A stretch of 64,000 nucleotides of DNA, from the NCBI GenBank assembly GCA_039024555.1, contig JBCCQQ010000034.1:1-64000 (forward strand), in the 5' to 3' direction. The notes beneath the pieces are model-generated. The model saw nothing but the letters and a program-made list of their open reading frames with translations. It was not told where the DNA came from and did not search any database. Position numbers and translations under genes: made by a program. The first letter of the stretch is position 1. Each line of letters opens with the position of its first letter. The stretch is from Cyanobacteria bacterium P01_D01_bin.156. GTDB lineage: Bacteria; Cyanobacteriota; Cyanobacteriia; Phormidesmidales; Phormidesmidaceae. Shown here piece by piece: positions 48,225-59,193 of the stretch.

Positions 48225-49136
48225 GTGACAGTGCAATATTCTGCAACGACTATGAAGCAAGCTTGTGTAAATCAGCTGCACGAGAAATATATTCAGATGC
48301 TGGGCAAGCCCTTGGGTTACTTGACGGCAAACCCTAATCAATCGTTCCAGCCAGATTATGGCCTTTTATTAGCTGCATTTGCGGCCCAAGTATTAGATAA
48401 GCTGAGTACCTGCACAGCTCAGTATCATAATGTCGAGCACACTATCCTAGTCTGTTTGGTAGGACAGGAAATTTTGCATGGCAAGCACCAGATAGAGGGT
48501 AATGTTACCTGCGAAGACTGGCTTAATTTTATGGTGTCCCTGCTATGCCACGATATCGGCTATGTAGGGGGTATTTGCAAACAGGATAATGTGTTGCAAC
48601 GACGCTATGTTGAAGGGTATGCCTCCACCAGCCAGTCATCGGTTAAAAACTGGGTCACATTGGCCCCTGGTTCAACGGATGCAAGTTTGGCCCCTTATCA
48701 CGTAGAACGCAGTCAGCTGTTTGTGCTAGAGAACTTCAGTCAATACGATGTGCTAGACCTAGACACAATTCTCCGTAATATTGCCTTTACTAAGTTTCCA
48801 ATACCTAAAGCACCTGCTTATCAGATTACAAACCATTATCCTGGCTTAGCTCGGGCAGCGGATCTAATCGGTCAGCTAAGTGATCCACACTATTTACAAA
48901 AAACCGCAGCGCTGTTCTATGAATTTGAAGAAGTTGGTACTAACCAAAAGCTTGGCTATCGTTCTCCTGATGATCTAAAACTAAGCTTCCCCGATTTTTA
49001 CCATTCGCAGGTGTTGCCCTATATTCAACCGGCATTAGCCTATTTACGCGAAACTCCTCTAGGACAGCACTATATTGATCACCTAGAAGCCAATGTAAAA
49101 ACGGTGAGGGATAACACACCTACATTGTTGCTGTAA
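48225..49136 (+). CDS. HD-domain metal-dependent phosphohydrolase (cyanobacterial Npun_R2479-like)
   Basis: YHNVEHT, LCHDIGY, YHVERS, RAADLIGQLSDP. Confidence 0.85.
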   Translation: MTVQYSATTMKQACVNQLHEKYIQMLGKPLGYLTANPNQSFQPDYGLLLAAFAAQVLDKLSTCTAQYHNVEHTILVCLVGQEILHGKHQIEGNVTCEDWLNFMVSLLCHDIGYVGGICKQDNVLQRRYVEGYASTSQSSVKNWVTLAPGSTDASLAPYHVERSQLFVLENFSQYDVLDLDTILRNIAFTKFPIPKAPAYQITNHYPGLARAADLIGQLSDPHYLQKTAALFYEFEEVGTNQKLGYRSPDDLKLSFPDFYHSQVLPYIQPALAYLRETPLGQHYIDHLEANVKTVRDNTPTLLL

Positions 49137-49332
49137 TAGACTTCATCAGACATAAGGGTATTTACTATCCAGTTTTCTCATTTGTTACGATTACGTTCGG
49201 AAAATTCAGTGTGCCGGAGAATGTGGGCAGAATTCACTTTCTCTAGGTTATTCAAGTTATGTTGATATCAAGGATGTTGCGGGCATTTTAAGGGCAGTTT
49301 TCTCAGCGCCCCACCCCTAGCAGGTCGATCCT

Positions 49333-50751
49333 ATGTCAGCTAAATCTACGAGTTTTTCAACAAGCACCGGGTTTAATAAACGCCGCCGATTGATCTCGAT
49401 TCGTTGGACCTTACCCCTCTGTGTGGTGACGCCATTAGTGTCAGGGATTTTGTTAAGTAGTTGGTTAGCCTTTCGCAGTGGTCAAAAGGCTGTGGATGAA
49501 CTGGTGGGTAAAATCAGCGCTGAGGTTGCTGGCAACATTGAAAAACAGGTTGATAGTTATCTAACTAAGCCCTCACTGATCTCAGACGTTATTGAAGCCG
49601 AAGTGACTAACGGTAATCTCAATATTCAAAACATTCGTACATTAGCCACATCTTTACAGGGGCTAACTCGGTCAGAACAGCTGACAAATAATCTTTTCTA
49701 CGGCAACGAAGCTGGGGAATTTGTTTATAACGAGTATCAAAATGGTGTAGGTCGCGTTGACTTTGTGGATCAGACTACGAATTTCCGCCGTATTGCCTAT
49801 CAAACCAACGATGTGACCGATCTCTCAAATCAAATTAAAGAGAGTGACTATGATCCTCGCATTAGAACTTGGTACAAAGAAGCGGCCTTTAATAAGGAAC
49901 CAGTTTGGAGCCAAGTTTATATTGCGAACTCTCGAAATGCCCTAACCCTGACTCGGGCTACACCGATCTTTAATGCATTGGGACAGCTACAGGGAGTTTT
50001 TGGGACAGATGTTTATTTGGTTGAACTCAGTGAGTTTCTTAGAAATCTCGCGGTTAGCCCCAATGGTAATGCTTTCATTATTGAGGCATCTGGTGATCTT
50101 ATTGCCCAATCGGACAATGAACAACCTTTTATAGAGGTGGATGGAAAAAAATTACGATTGCAGGCTAGCAATAGTCAAAATGTATCCGTGCGGGAGACTG
50201 TTAACCATCTGTTAGACAATATTAGTGATTTTCAGCAAACAAAGGACGAATATTCGTTTACCTTCAAATTGGATGGTGAAAAACAGCTTGTTCATATTTA
50301 TCACCTCCAAGCGTTGGGTCTTAAGTGGATTGTGGGTGTTGTTATCCCGCAAAGTGATTATATGGGCACTATTCGAGCTACCATGCGTCAGAATCTGATG
50401 TTTGGGGTGGCTATTACGGTGGTAACATCTATTTTGGCCTTGGGAGCTGCACTGTCTATTATTCGGCCTATTAACAAGCTTAACCAGGCTGCTGATGAGA
50501 TTAAACGCAACAGATTTAATCCTCGCACTCTGGCCCATGTGATGGCTCGTCCAGATGAGTTTAGTAAGCTTGCTAGGTTATTTAATGATATGGCTATCGT
50601 GGTGATGAGCCGCCAGGCTACTTTATCGGAACAGGTTAAGTCTTTGAAGAGTGAGATTAACCAGAATGGTGGTGCTAGTGATGAGCGACAAAAGCTAGAA
50701 ACTTTGTTGAGGCAGGCTCAGCAGGTAAGAAAGGCTTTTGGTAAACAGTAA
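49333..50751 (+). CDS. Membrane sensor: TM-dCache-TM-HAMP, no output domain
   Basis: YDPRIRTWY, PVWSQVY, GVFGTD; HAMP IIRPINKL...DEFSKLARLFNDM; short coiled-coil tail. Confidence 0.85.
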   Translation: MSAKSTSFSTSTGFNKRRRLISIRWTLPLCVVTPLVSGILLSSWLAFRSGQKAVDELVGKISAEVAGNIEKQVDSYLTKPSLISDVIEAEVTNGNLNIQNIRTLATSLQGLTRSEQLTNNLFYGNEAGEFVYNEYQNGVGRVDFVDQTTNFRRIAYQTNDVTDLSNQIKESDYDPRIRTWYKEAAFNKEPVWSQVYIANSRNALTLTRATPIFNALGQLQGVFGTDVYLVELSEFLRNLAVSPNGNAFIIEASGDLIAQSDNEQPFIEVDGKKLRLQASNSQNVSVRETVNHLLDNISDFQQTKDEYSFTFKLDGEKQLVHIYHLQALGLKWIVGVVIPQSDYMGTIRATMRQNLMFGVAITVVTSILALGAALSIIRPINKLNQAADEIKRNRFNPRTLAHVMARPDEFSKLARLFNDMAIVVMSRQATLSEQVKSLKSEINQNGGASDERQKLETLLRQAQQVRKAFGKQ

Positions 50752-50805
50752 CTGTGTGCAATATCTTGGTGCCAAGGTGCCATTTTTGAATCCATTGAGG
50801 CACTA

Positions 50806-51012
50806 AGCCACTTGATAGCTCAACCCTCCACCAAGACTGGATTATCGTCGTGACCACGATTATCGATGCCGTCTATGAGAGCGGACGTAAAGCTACCGAT
50901 GTGTTTAAGGCTCAGATGCCCATTCGCTTTGATGACTATCTTCCTCAATGGAATTATGTCGCGCAACCGCAACAAATATAAAATTGGAAGTTATTAAATT
51001 CTTGCTTCCTTA
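50806..51012 (+). mobile_element. ISAzo13-family transposase 3' remnant with right end
   Basis: Frameshifted STKTGL / VVTTIIDAVYESGRKATDVFKAQMPIRFDDYLPQWNYVAQP..* (stop 50979-50981), followed by GAAGTTATTAAATTCTTGCTTCCTTA. Confidence 0.7.
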
Positions 51013-51173
51013 CTTGGCAACATTGTATTTCAGGAACATTAATGATTGGAATGGGTGTTTATGTAGCGACCCCAAAAGCTTAATCTTTTGTGTTCTTGCT
51101 ATACCTTCTTAGTAGAAGGGGGCTAAATAATAGGAAAACAATGGGAGAGGTAAATATCCCTCCCATTGCTCAA

Positions 51174-51515
51174 TTAATGGCCGATGAGTCCTTCAAATTC
51201 TGATCGCAACTTTTTAAAGTTTGCTACCCGACCCACAATCAAGCTCGTCTCCTCTGCTTGGGCCAGTTCCTTTTTCCACTGCCCCATGTGCTCTCCGGCA
51301 TTTAGCCAAAAGTCAACGATTTCGCTGACTACCGTATCCCATTCCCAGTCAGGCTTTTGATGAATCAGCGAAGTTGCCTCAATAAATCCATCTAGGGTGC
51401 ACTCATAGCTTCCTAAGTAGGCACAGCTACGGTTGGGGGACTGCTCTACATATTGCTGATGTTTAAAGAAATTCCAAACTGGTGAGACACCAACAATTTC
51501 AAAGTTGTAACTCAT
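51174..51515 (-). CDS. Conserved cyanobacterial hypothetical protein
   Basis: 113-aa ORF with FEIVGVSP, AYLGSYECTLDGFI and SLIVGRVAN motifs. Confidence 0.8.
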   Translation of the reverse strand: MSYNFEIVGVSPVWNFFKHQQYVEQSPNRSCAYLGSYECTLDGFIEATSLIHQKPDWEWDTVVSEIVDFWLNAGEHMGQWKKELAQAEETSLIVGRVANFKKLRSEFEGLIGH

Positions 51516-51572
51516 AGTTTATCTAGTCGAGAGATATCAAAAGACGGTTAGCCGCAGCAGTGTCCAGATACT

Positions 51573-51599
51573 AAAAAGGCACAGGAAATTTCCTGTGCC
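51573..51599 (-). terminator. Rho-independent terminator
   Basis: GGCACAGGA-AATT-TCCTGTGCC followed by T5 on the minus strand. Confidence 0.75.
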
Positions 51600-51700
51600 C
51601 AACCTGTACCTATGGAACTGACGCAATTTACCATTTGAAAATGACCTTCCTTAAGGGATAGTATTCCTCAGCAATTTGCTTGTGCTGCTAGCCATTAAAA
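51573..51700 (-). ncRNA. Candidate sRNA, PsrR1/SyR1-like
   Basis: ORF-free segment with a 5' hairpin (CAGCA...TGCTG), a central GTAAA...AGTTCCATAGG resembling my recollection of the PsrR1 core, its own terminator and an AT-rich upstream region. 5' end approximate. Confidence 0.45.
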
Positions 51701-51880
51701 CCTCAATTACTATTAAATTTTAACTAAGATTTTCTATGAAAAGTGTTCCCTGTTAACCTCTGTGACAATCAAGCGTTGGGAATGTTGCGTAAACGCTTTG
51801 TATTGTGTGAGGTTCCGGATGGTCATCTAATACTCACAATGACTATGCACTACAGCGGTGATTCATTCGTGAAAATTGCC

Positions 51881-51909
51881 AAAAAAAAGGAGAGCAAACA
51901 AGGCTCTCC
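51881..51909 (-). terminator. Rho-independent terminator downstream of gatB
   Basis: GGAGAGC-7 nt-GCTCTCC followed by T8 on the minus strand. Confidence 0.75.
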
Positions 51910-52106
51910 AACCATCAGGGTGCATCTACTTAGCACAGTATGCCACAGATGGGGTGTGGGGTGTAACCCCCTTTTAGGTTTTTCTTAGAATTTTGTGGGC
52001 TACTCACAAACATCAAGTTAAGTTGAAGCGTTTGAAGCTCCACTGAGCAAGCATTATGGTGCCGCGATGCAGAATAGCATACCTACAGTTGAAATCCAAG
52101 GTTGGG

Positions 52107-53597
52107 TTATCCATTTAACTTCTTGCCCAATAACTGATTGGTTAGTTTAGGGTCGGCCCGTCCGCTAGAGCGTTTCATCACCTGACCGACGAAAAAGCCC
52201 TGCAGCTTTTTCTTGCCAGCTCGATACTTGGCAAGTTCGTCGGGGTTATCGGCCATAACTTCATCAATGATGGCTTCGATGGCCGCTGGATCAGAAATCT
52301 GAACTAATCCTTTTTCTTCAACGATTTTTTTGGGTGAGCCGCCCTCTTTTAGTAGTGTGGGCAGTAGGTCCTTACCAATTTTGTTGCTGATGGTGCCAGA
52401 GGTAATCAGGGTTACCATTTCGCTCAAACCCTCTGGGGTTAGTGCAATATCGTCAATGGAGAGCTTTTCAGCATTGAGATATCCGGCAATATCTCCCATG
52501 ACCCAGTTGGCAGACACTTTAGCATCGGCTCCGGTGGCAATAGTGCGCTCAAAATAGTTAGCAATGGAGCGGTCGTCGGTGAGCACGCGAGTGTCGTAGG
52601 CCGATAACCCGAGTTCTGTTTCGTAGCGATGGCGCTTTTGAGTTGGTAGCTCAGGTAATTCGGACTTCCAGGTCTCTAGCTGCTTTTTAGAAACTTCGAT
52701 GGGGGGTAGGTCAGGCTCGGGGAAGTAGCGATAGTCGCTAGAGCCTTCCTTGGAACGCATGCTCTTGGTGACCTGTTTACCTTCGTCCCACAGACGGGTT
52801 TCTTGAACGATCTCTTCGTCGCCACTTTCCACGGCTTCTATCTGCCGTTCGATTTCGTATTCGATGGCTTTTTGAATAGCGCTAAAGGAGTTCATATTTT
52901 TAATTTCCACCTTGGTGCCAAAGGTTTCTTGCCCTTTAGGACGGATGGAAATGTTGACATCGCAGCGTAGGGAACCCTCTTGCATATTGCCATCGCCAAC
53001 GCCTAAGTAACGGACGATGCGGCGAACTTCCTGGGCGTATTCAGCGGCTTCTTTGCCAGTGCGTAAATCAGGCTCGGAGACGATCTCTACTAGGGGGACC
53101 CCAGCCCGGTTGTAGTCCACCAGTGAATAGGCGGAACCGGCTAAGCGATCGCTACCGGCGTGCACTAATTTACCAGCGTCTTCTTCCATGTGTAGACGGG
53201 TGATGCCGATTTTCTTTTTCTCGACGCTGCCGCTCTTTTTGTCCACGAGCTCAATGTCAATCCAACCATGCTCAGCAATGGGTAAGTCGTACTGAGAGAT
53301 TTGATAGTTTTTGGGCAGGTCAGGATAGAAGTATTGCTTACGATCAAATTTGCTGTAGGGGGCAATTTTGCAATTGAGGGCCAGACCAGCTTTGACCGCA
53401 TATTCGAGGACCTTTTCGTTTAGCACCGGCAATACTCCTGGCATGCCCAATGTGATGGGGTCGATGTGGGTATTAGGATCTGCCCCAAACTCGGCGGAAC
53501 TGGGGGTAAAGATTTTGGTGTTGGTGCTGAGCTGGCAGTGGATTTCTAGGCCAATGACGGCTTCGTACTCGGTCTTTGCTGGTGCCGCAGCGGTCAT
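52107..53597 (-). CDS. gatB: Asp-tRNA(Asn)/Glu-tRNA(Gln) amidotransferase subunit B
   Basis: [57 protein letters not shown]. Confidence 0.98.
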   Translation of the reverse strand: MTAAAPAKTEYEAVIGLEIHCQLSTNTKIFTPSSAEFGADPNTHIDPITLGMPGVLPVLNEKVLEYAVKAGLALNCKIAPYSKFDRKQYFYPDLPKNYQISQYDLPIAEHGWIDIELVDKKSGSVEKKKIGITRLHMEEDAGKLVHAGSDRLAGSAYSLVDYNRAGVPLVEIVSEPDLRTGKEAAEYAQEVRRIVRYLGVGDGNMQEGSLRCDVNISIRPKGQETFGTKVEIKNMNSFSAIQKAIEYEIERQIEAVESGDEEIVQETRLWDEGKQVTKSMRSKEGSSDYRYFPEPDLPPIEVSKKQLETWKSELPELPTQKRHRYETELGLSAYDTRVLTDDRSIANYFERTIATGADAKVSANWVMGDIAGYLNAEKLSIDDIALTPEGLSEMVTLITSGTISNKIGKDLLPTLLKEGGSPKKIVEEKGLVQISDPAAIEAIIDEVMADNPDELAKYRAGKKKLQGFFVGQVMKRSSGRADPKLTNQLLGKKLNG

Positions 53598-53681
53598 AGT
53601 GGACGATGGGTGAAATGAACGTGTCCTATTGTAGCGGCTTGCTGTGGGAAGGGACGTAACGATTGAAAAACTGATGACATC

Positions 53682-56600
53682 CTAGCCAGCCGCCATCTCT
53701 CCTTCGCCCAGTTCGATCAGAAATTGCATGGCTTTGGTGATGTACTTGGCGCAGCTGTGGGGAGAGGCATGGTAAAAGGACCGCCAGGCTTTTCCTTTAT
53801 CTTGAATGTAGCGGTGGGCTCGGTGGTCGCCACCATCTAGCCAGGCGAGACGAACAGCGTGGCCTACCAGTACATCGAGAACAATGTAGTCTTCTAGCTG
53901 CCAGTTGGAGTTTGTATCAAAAAGTTCTGAGAGCTCCATCAGGGCTTCCACATTGACCTGACGATATTCTGGGGCCTGAATTTTGTTGAACAGGTGTTCG
54001 ATGCGCAGGGCAAAGTCTTTTTCTTCTGGGGTGGTGTCTGAAAGGATCAGGTCGCTGACTAAACGATTACGACGTTCTAATTTGTCACCGATCACAATCC
54101 CTTTGCATTGTTTTAGCAGTCGCCATACCCGTGGGTAAAAGTCTTCGGGTACTCGGTTAAGGCTGCCCTCCCGCTGGCGTCGGTGCAGCCAGTCTTCTTC
54201 TGCGGAGTCTGTTTCTTCTACCTGGGGTAGGACGACCCAGTTAACGGATGGGGGCTTTCGGGACTGGATCGATTCTTGACGGAATAGGCTGTTGTCTAGT
54301 CCTTCGTAACCTGCCAGTACCTGCCGCAGACGCATCTTGATTTCAAACGGACTCATGGCCATGAGGGTTTCATAGGCTTCGTCCTGGGTGCAGCGCTGTT
54401 CGCGACAGATTTCACTATTAATCAGCAGGATTAGATAGCTAACGCGTAGGGTGAGGAGGCCACCAAATAGGTCGGGCTCTGATTTAATCAGAACGCTGAG
54501 GTAGAGTAGAATTTCTTGGGTGAGGGTGCGATCGCGAATGTCCTCCCCACAAAATTCATTAATTTTAGCAATCAAATCCTTGGGGGCTAAGGGATCTGTA
54601 ATGAGCGACCCTTCACTGTAGGCTTTACCAACAGCAATTTGCTTTTGCCGTACCAACAGTTCAGTCGCTGCATCGGCCAGACCAATGGCTGTCTTATTCA
54701 GTAGCCCTGCTGCTCGGCGGACAATGGCCCACAGCTCTAGGCGTCCAGCCTTGATATAAATCTCATTGAGCACCTGGGCCAGGGTCACCGACTGTCCCGT
54801 ATTGGCTCCCCAGCCTGTGTCATGGTCCAGATGGTGCAACCGACATAGATTACTGAGTAGTTCAATTTGCTCGTATAAATTATCCGACGCCTTGAGGGCT
54901 TCCAACAAACGCCAACTATCCGTTTCCCGCTCCATATCCAACTCTTGAATTTGGCTGAGGGGTTTGGTATTACCCTCGGAGAGCGGCAAATAGGCCGAAA
55001 TTGGCATGGTGTAGGAAGATAGCTTTTCGCCAGGAGACCCTAGGGGCACATCTTCTATTCTTTCCGTTGCTGCTGTTAGCATTAGCTGAAACAAAGAACC
55101 CACCTTAATGGGAACTCCGCTACATTCTCCATCCTTCAATTCAAAAATCAATTGGAGCAAAGGAGACTCTTCAATGGACTTATGACCTAGCTCAAACATC
55201 CGATGGGTTAGCAGCAACGTTACCGTAGGCCGCCCTGGCTCATTCCAATGCTCGTGAATGTAGGCCAGTTCACCCCGAATTTGGGCCACCAGAAACTGGT
55301 AGTCCAGGGTAATGTAAAACTGACTAGGATCGAGAAACGCCGGGACAAACACCACTGTTTCCCGTTGAATCCGAAAAATTCTGGATGTGGTAAGGCTGCG
55401 CAAACGTCGGTCAGGTCGGCCTGTGGTTTTAAGCTTGTTGTTATTTCCAACTTGAGCGTAGAGATCGGCTAAATCCGTAGACGTGCGCACCTGCACCGGA
55501 TCAATCTGTTCAAGTACCTGGGTCTCAACCCCGTAGTTGGCTAGCTGCTGCTGCAGTTCACTATCTTCCGATAGTAGAGACACCTGAACAATGGGTTGGC
55601 GATTTTGCCCTATCTTCAAATGACGAGCCAGCGGATCAATATCCCCAAGGGTAATCAGACCGTCCAATAACATCTGCCCCAAATAGTAAAGACTTTGGGC
55701 CCACACCAAAGGAACATTCTCATTGGGTTCTCGAATTTGGCTGTGGGGACTTTCCCGCTCAGCTTCAATCAGATTTTTAGGAACATAGTAAAGCTCGGGC
55801 AGGAGGTCCATTCCATCCTTATGAATGGCTAAAGCCTCTAGCCGTTCACGATAGAACGCCGCCTGGTCACCATTGTTAGAGAACAAACTGTTGAGCAACA
55901 GATAACAGAAAAATAAGGGCCATTCACACTCAATATGCTCAAATGCCCTAAGTTCTCCTGGTTCATAATGCAATCGTTCCTCATCCTCCACCACCGACTG
56001 GTGACCATCCCGCAGAAAACGCTTACAGCCGTACTGCCCCTGCAATTTTTCCACAATGGCAGCGTGAGTCGCCTGCAGCAGTTCTGGCTCGTCCACCGCA
56101 AAAGCCGGGAAGCCAATCACACTCAGCAGGGCCGCATCAATTTCCTTGGAGCCCGATTCCCTAGGTAGCAGCGACTCCAGGGTAATGCGGGTACGGGCAA
56201 TCTCATCCGGTAGCACATGAATCACAGACCCATGGCCGCCCCGCACCCCGAACAGGTTTAGCCCATTCATCGCTTCTAGGGCTGCCTTGGCCATACCCAC
56301 AGAACTACCATTGAGCTCAGGCTTCCCGTGGTTTTGCTTATTACCCCGTTCCCAAATACCATAGTCTGCCGTGCGGTAGGCGCGACCGATGTAATAAACC
56401 AGATTTTGAACAAAATCCACCTCATCACGGGTATAGATAATTTGCAAACCGGAACTGGTCATTTGAGCCAGCATCAGCAAATAAACCGATGTGGCATCCA
56501 GTTGCAAATGCCCCCATTCGCCATCTCCTACCACCGTGGAGCCTGTGGGCGTATCGTACTTCGCATGGAGTGCATCCAGCGGGTCTTGGGTGCGCTTAAA

Positions 56601-56912
56601 TTTCTCTACCTTCTCGGTTTGCTGCATCATGGCAAACAGCAACCCGCGCATCAGCTTAGTGACGCTTTGCTCTAGCTCATAGGTGCGCCCCAGATTCTCA
56701 TCAATTTTGCGATAAGCCAGCGCCAGCCCCCACACCGCCATAATGCTGTAAACATTGTCCCGTACCCAGGCATCGGTGTAGTCCCCGTGGGCATTTACCG
56801 CCGTGCTCGCAGGCAGCAGTCCCGTGACCGGATTTTGCCGCGATAAAATCACAGTCTGAACCTGCTGATAGTAATAATCGAGGTGTTCTTGACGGGAAGC
56901 GAAACGAGCCAT
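53682..56912 (-). CDS. Glycoside hydrolase family 15 / phosphorylase kinase alpha-beta-like protein
   Basis: TGLLPAS, AWVRDNVYS, WGHLQLDATS, DYGIWERG, LPRES.SKE.DA, YGCKRFLRDGHQ, ECEWPLF. Confidence 0.92.
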   Translation of the reverse strand: MARFASRQEHLDYYYQQVQTVILSRQNPVTGLLPASTAVNAHGDYTDAWVRDNVYSIMAVWGLALAYRKIDENLGRTYELEQSVTKLMRGLLFAMMQQTEKVEKFKRTQDPLDALHAKYDTPTGSTVVGDGEWGHLQLDATSVYLLMLAQMTSSGLQIIYTRDEVDFVQNLVYYIGRAYRTADYGIWERGNKQNHGKPELNGSSVGMAKAALEAMNGLNLFGVRGGHGSVIHVLPDEIARTRITLESLLPRESGSKEIDAALLSVIGFPAFAVDEPELLQATHAAIVEKLQGQYGCKRFLRDGHQSVVEDEERLHYEPGELRAFEHIECEWPLFFCYLLLNSLFSNNGDQAAFYRERLEALAIHKDGMDLLPELYYVPKNLIEAERESPHSQIREPNENVPLVWAQSLYYLGQMLLDGLITLGDIDPLARHLKIGQNRQPIVQVSLLSEDSELQQQLANYGVETQVLEQIDPVQVRTSTDLADLYAQVGNNNKLKTTGRPDRRLRSLTTSRIFRIQRETVVFVPAFLDPSQFYITLDYQFLVAQIRGELAYIHEHWNEPGRPTVTLLLTHRMFELGHKSIEESPLLQLIFELKDGECSGVPIKVGSLFQLMLTAATERIEDVPLGSPGEKLSSYTMPISAYLPLSEGNTKPLSQIQELDMERETDSWRLLEALKASDNLYEQIELLSNLCRLHHLDHDTGWGANTGQSVTLAQVLNEIYIKAGRLELWAIVRRAAGLLNKTAIGLADAATELLVRQKQIAVGKAYSEGSLITDPLAPKDLIAKINEFCGEDIRDRTLTQEILLYLSVLIKSEPDLFGGLLTLRVSYLILLINSEICREQRCTQDEAYETLMAMSPFEIKMRLRQVLAGYEGLDNSLFRQESIQSRKPPSVNWVVLPQVEETDSAEEDWLHRRQREGSLNRVPEDFYPRVWRLLKQCKGIVIGDKLERRNRLVSDLILSDTTPEEKDFALRIEHLFNKIQAPEYRQVNVEALMELSELFDTNSNWQLEDYIVLDVLVGHAVRLAWLDGGDHRAHRYIQDKGKAWRSFYHASPHSCAKYITKAMQFLIELGEGEMAAG

Positions 56913-57082
56913 GGGATACCAAGAATGACGAGGATTTATCCTCAGATCGGCAAAAAACGAGATGCGTAAAAGTAAAGGAAGTACTAATGAAGACGTTTAT
57001 ATTACCCTAACCAAAGGGGCTATTCCCAGGGAGTAAATGCTCCTCTATGAAACCCGAATGCCATCGGTAGATCGCATTCTGC

Positions 57083-58474
57083 TTAGCAATTTCTAAGCTG
57101 GGCGACGGTCCTAATAATGTCATCAATAGTGCGACGTAAAACACTGCTCCGCTGATCCAAATTATTAACTAGCACACTCACCACCAGCGGCTCATAGCTA
57201 GGCGGCTGCAGATATCCAGATAAGGACGCATTGTGGCTGACGGCTCCGGTTTTGCCAGCAAACTGAAGGCCCCCAAGGCGGTTACGCAGGGTGCCGCTAG
57301 TTCCCGCAACGGCTAGAGAATTCCGGTAGGTAGCCCCGTGGGGAGATCGAGCCATGGCCTGGAGTGTATCTACAAACGCTTGGGGTGTGGCCAAATTATG
57401 GCGCGATAACCCTGAACCATCCACAATTTTATAAAGATCCGGATTGACACCCATCCGCTGCAAAATGGTTTCCACGGCTTCAATCCCGGCTGCAGTGGCA
57501 TTGTCAGGATCTTTGGCCCCGAGGGATTTTAAGATAGCTTCAGCATAGATATTTTTGCTATTGCGATTGGTGCGTACCAGCCACTGAGCCAATGGTGGAG
57601 AGGTAATGGCCGCTAGCTCAGAACCGGCAGGTGCGTTATTGGTCAGTCCTGTCTGGGCGACGGTAATGCCCTGGCGGCTGAGCGCTTGGCGAAAACGACC
57701 AATAAAATATTCAGCTGGATTAGGCACTGCAACGGACGCCGTTTCTGGGGCAGACCCAGCAATCAGCTGACCATAAACACGCAAAACAGGACGGCTTAGA
57801 TCGCGGCCAACGCTAACATATTCAGGCTGACCCGCTCCGACAGAGCGAGAAAAGTTTTCAATTTGCCACCGCTGCGCCGGATCGTCCCATTCCACCCGCA
57901 ATGGTTGACCGACGGCCTGGGGATAGAGGGTAAGGCCAAGTTCATTGGCATTGAGGATCAGGCTATTGGCCGGAGCACCGTAACCGGCTTGGACATCTTC
58001 CCATTCCCAGTTGGGGTTAACGGTGGGTCCGGCAAAGTGGGTGTCATTGCCAAGGAGGTTACTAATGTTGGTAACGCCTTGATTCTTGATTTGGCTGGCT
58101 AGGTTGTTGAGTTGTTGATCGCTAAAGGTGGGGTCGCCCCGGCCAACAACCTGTAGGGAGCCGTCATTAGTATTTCCATAGACGGAGGTGCGGATGGTGA
58201 AATTGGGACCAAGGCTGGATAGGGCAGCAGCGGTGGTAAGGAGTTTGACGTTAGAGGCGGGGACAAAATAGCGATCGGCATCCCGGCTGTAGATGACTTG
58301 ACCGGTTTGGGTTTCTACGAGGACGCCAAGGCGGGCTTTTTTGAGGGTGGGTTGGGCGGCAATGGTATCCAGTGCTTGGCCAAGATCGGCACGACAGTAG
58401 GCATGGGCTGCATGGGACGGAAGTAAAACAGCGAAGCCAGCAATCAGGGTGGCCCAGGATTTGATAGGGTGCAT
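57083..58474 (-). CDS. dacB: D-Ala-D-Ala carboxypeptidase/endopeptidase PBP4
   Basis: PASNVK (SxxK), SKN (SxN), DGSGLSR, KTG; signal peptide. Confidence 0.93.
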   Translation of the reverse strand: MHPIKSWATLIAGFAVLLPSHAAHAYCRADLGQALDTIAAQPTLKKARLGVLVETQTGQVIYSRDADRYFVPASNVKLLTTAAALSSLGPNFTIRTSVYGNTNDGSLQVVGRGDPTFSDQQLNNLASQIKNQGVTNISNLLGNDTHFAGPTVNPNWEWEDVQAGYGAPANSLILNANELGLTLYPQAVGQPLRVEWDDPAQRWQIENFSRSVGAGQPEYVSVGRDLSRPVLRVYGQLIAGSAPETASVAVPNPAEYFIGRFRQALSRQGITVAQTGLTNNAPAGSELAAITSPPLAQWLVRTNRNSKNIYAEAILKSLGAKDPDNATAAGIEAVETILQRMGVNPDLYKIVDGSGLSRHNLATPQAFVDTLQAMARSPHGATYRNSLAVAGTSGTLRNRLGGLQFAGKTGAVSHNASLSGYLQPPSYEPLVVSVLVNNLDQRSSVLRRTIDDIIRTVAQLRNC

Positions 58475-58617
58475 GAGCGATTGACGAAACTTGGCATTTA
58501 GCCGAACAGGGTTATTAAAACACAGTGTTTTGTATAGGATTCTGCAACGTAGTCAGTTCTGTAATCTCACTAAAAACCAATCTTCTATAATTTGAGTCAG
58601 TAACGGGCTACTTAGCG

Positions 58618-59193
58618 ATGACGGCTTTTACCATTACCCTTGATCCCATTGGCACGTTAACAGACGAAGCGTTTTATCAGCTTTGTCGTGCCAACCCAGA
58701 TGTAAAATTTGAGCGCTCGGCCCAGGGAGAGTTGATTATTATGTCCCCGACCGGTGGTGAAAGTGGTCGTCGCAATGCGGATATTACAGTTGATTTAGGC
58801 ATTTGGAATCGACAAGCCAAACTGGGCTATACGTTTGATTCGTCCACTTGTTTTAAGTTACCCAATGGGGCGGAACGGTCGCCCGATGCGTCGTGGATTG
58901 AGCGCAGCCGTTGGGAAGCGTTGAGCGCAACAGATCGGGAAAAGTTTCCTCCCATCGCGCCAGATTTTGTTATCGAGCTACGGTCGGCGACAAATCGGTT
59001 GGTGACTTTGCAGGCGAAAATGGAGGAGTATCGGGAAAATGGCGTGCGGTTGGGGTGGTTGATCGATCCGCAGCATAAAACGGTGGAGATTTATCGTCCG
59101 GGGCAGGTTGTTGAAGTGTTGCAAGCTCCGAAACAGATTGATGGCGGAGATATTTTGCCAGGGTTTGTATTAAACGTGGAGAATATCCTGTAG
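58618..59193 (+). CDS. Uma2-family endonuclease
   Basis: FDSSTCFKLPNGAERSPDASW, PDFVIELRS, LGWLIDP. Confidence 0.92.
   Translation: MTAFTITLDPIGTLTDEAFYQLCRANPDVKFERSAQGELIIMSPTGGESGRRNADITVDLGIWNRQAKLGYTFDSSTCFKLPNGAERSPDASWIERSRWEALSATDREKFPPIAPDFVIELRSATNRLVTLQAKMEEYRENGVRLGWLIDPQHKTVEIYRPGQVVEVLQAPKQIDGGDILPGFVLNVENIL

Noticed and set aside
51743..51988. 81-aa + strand ORF
   Set aside because: It spans a minus-strand terminator and has no recognisable features; likely spurious.
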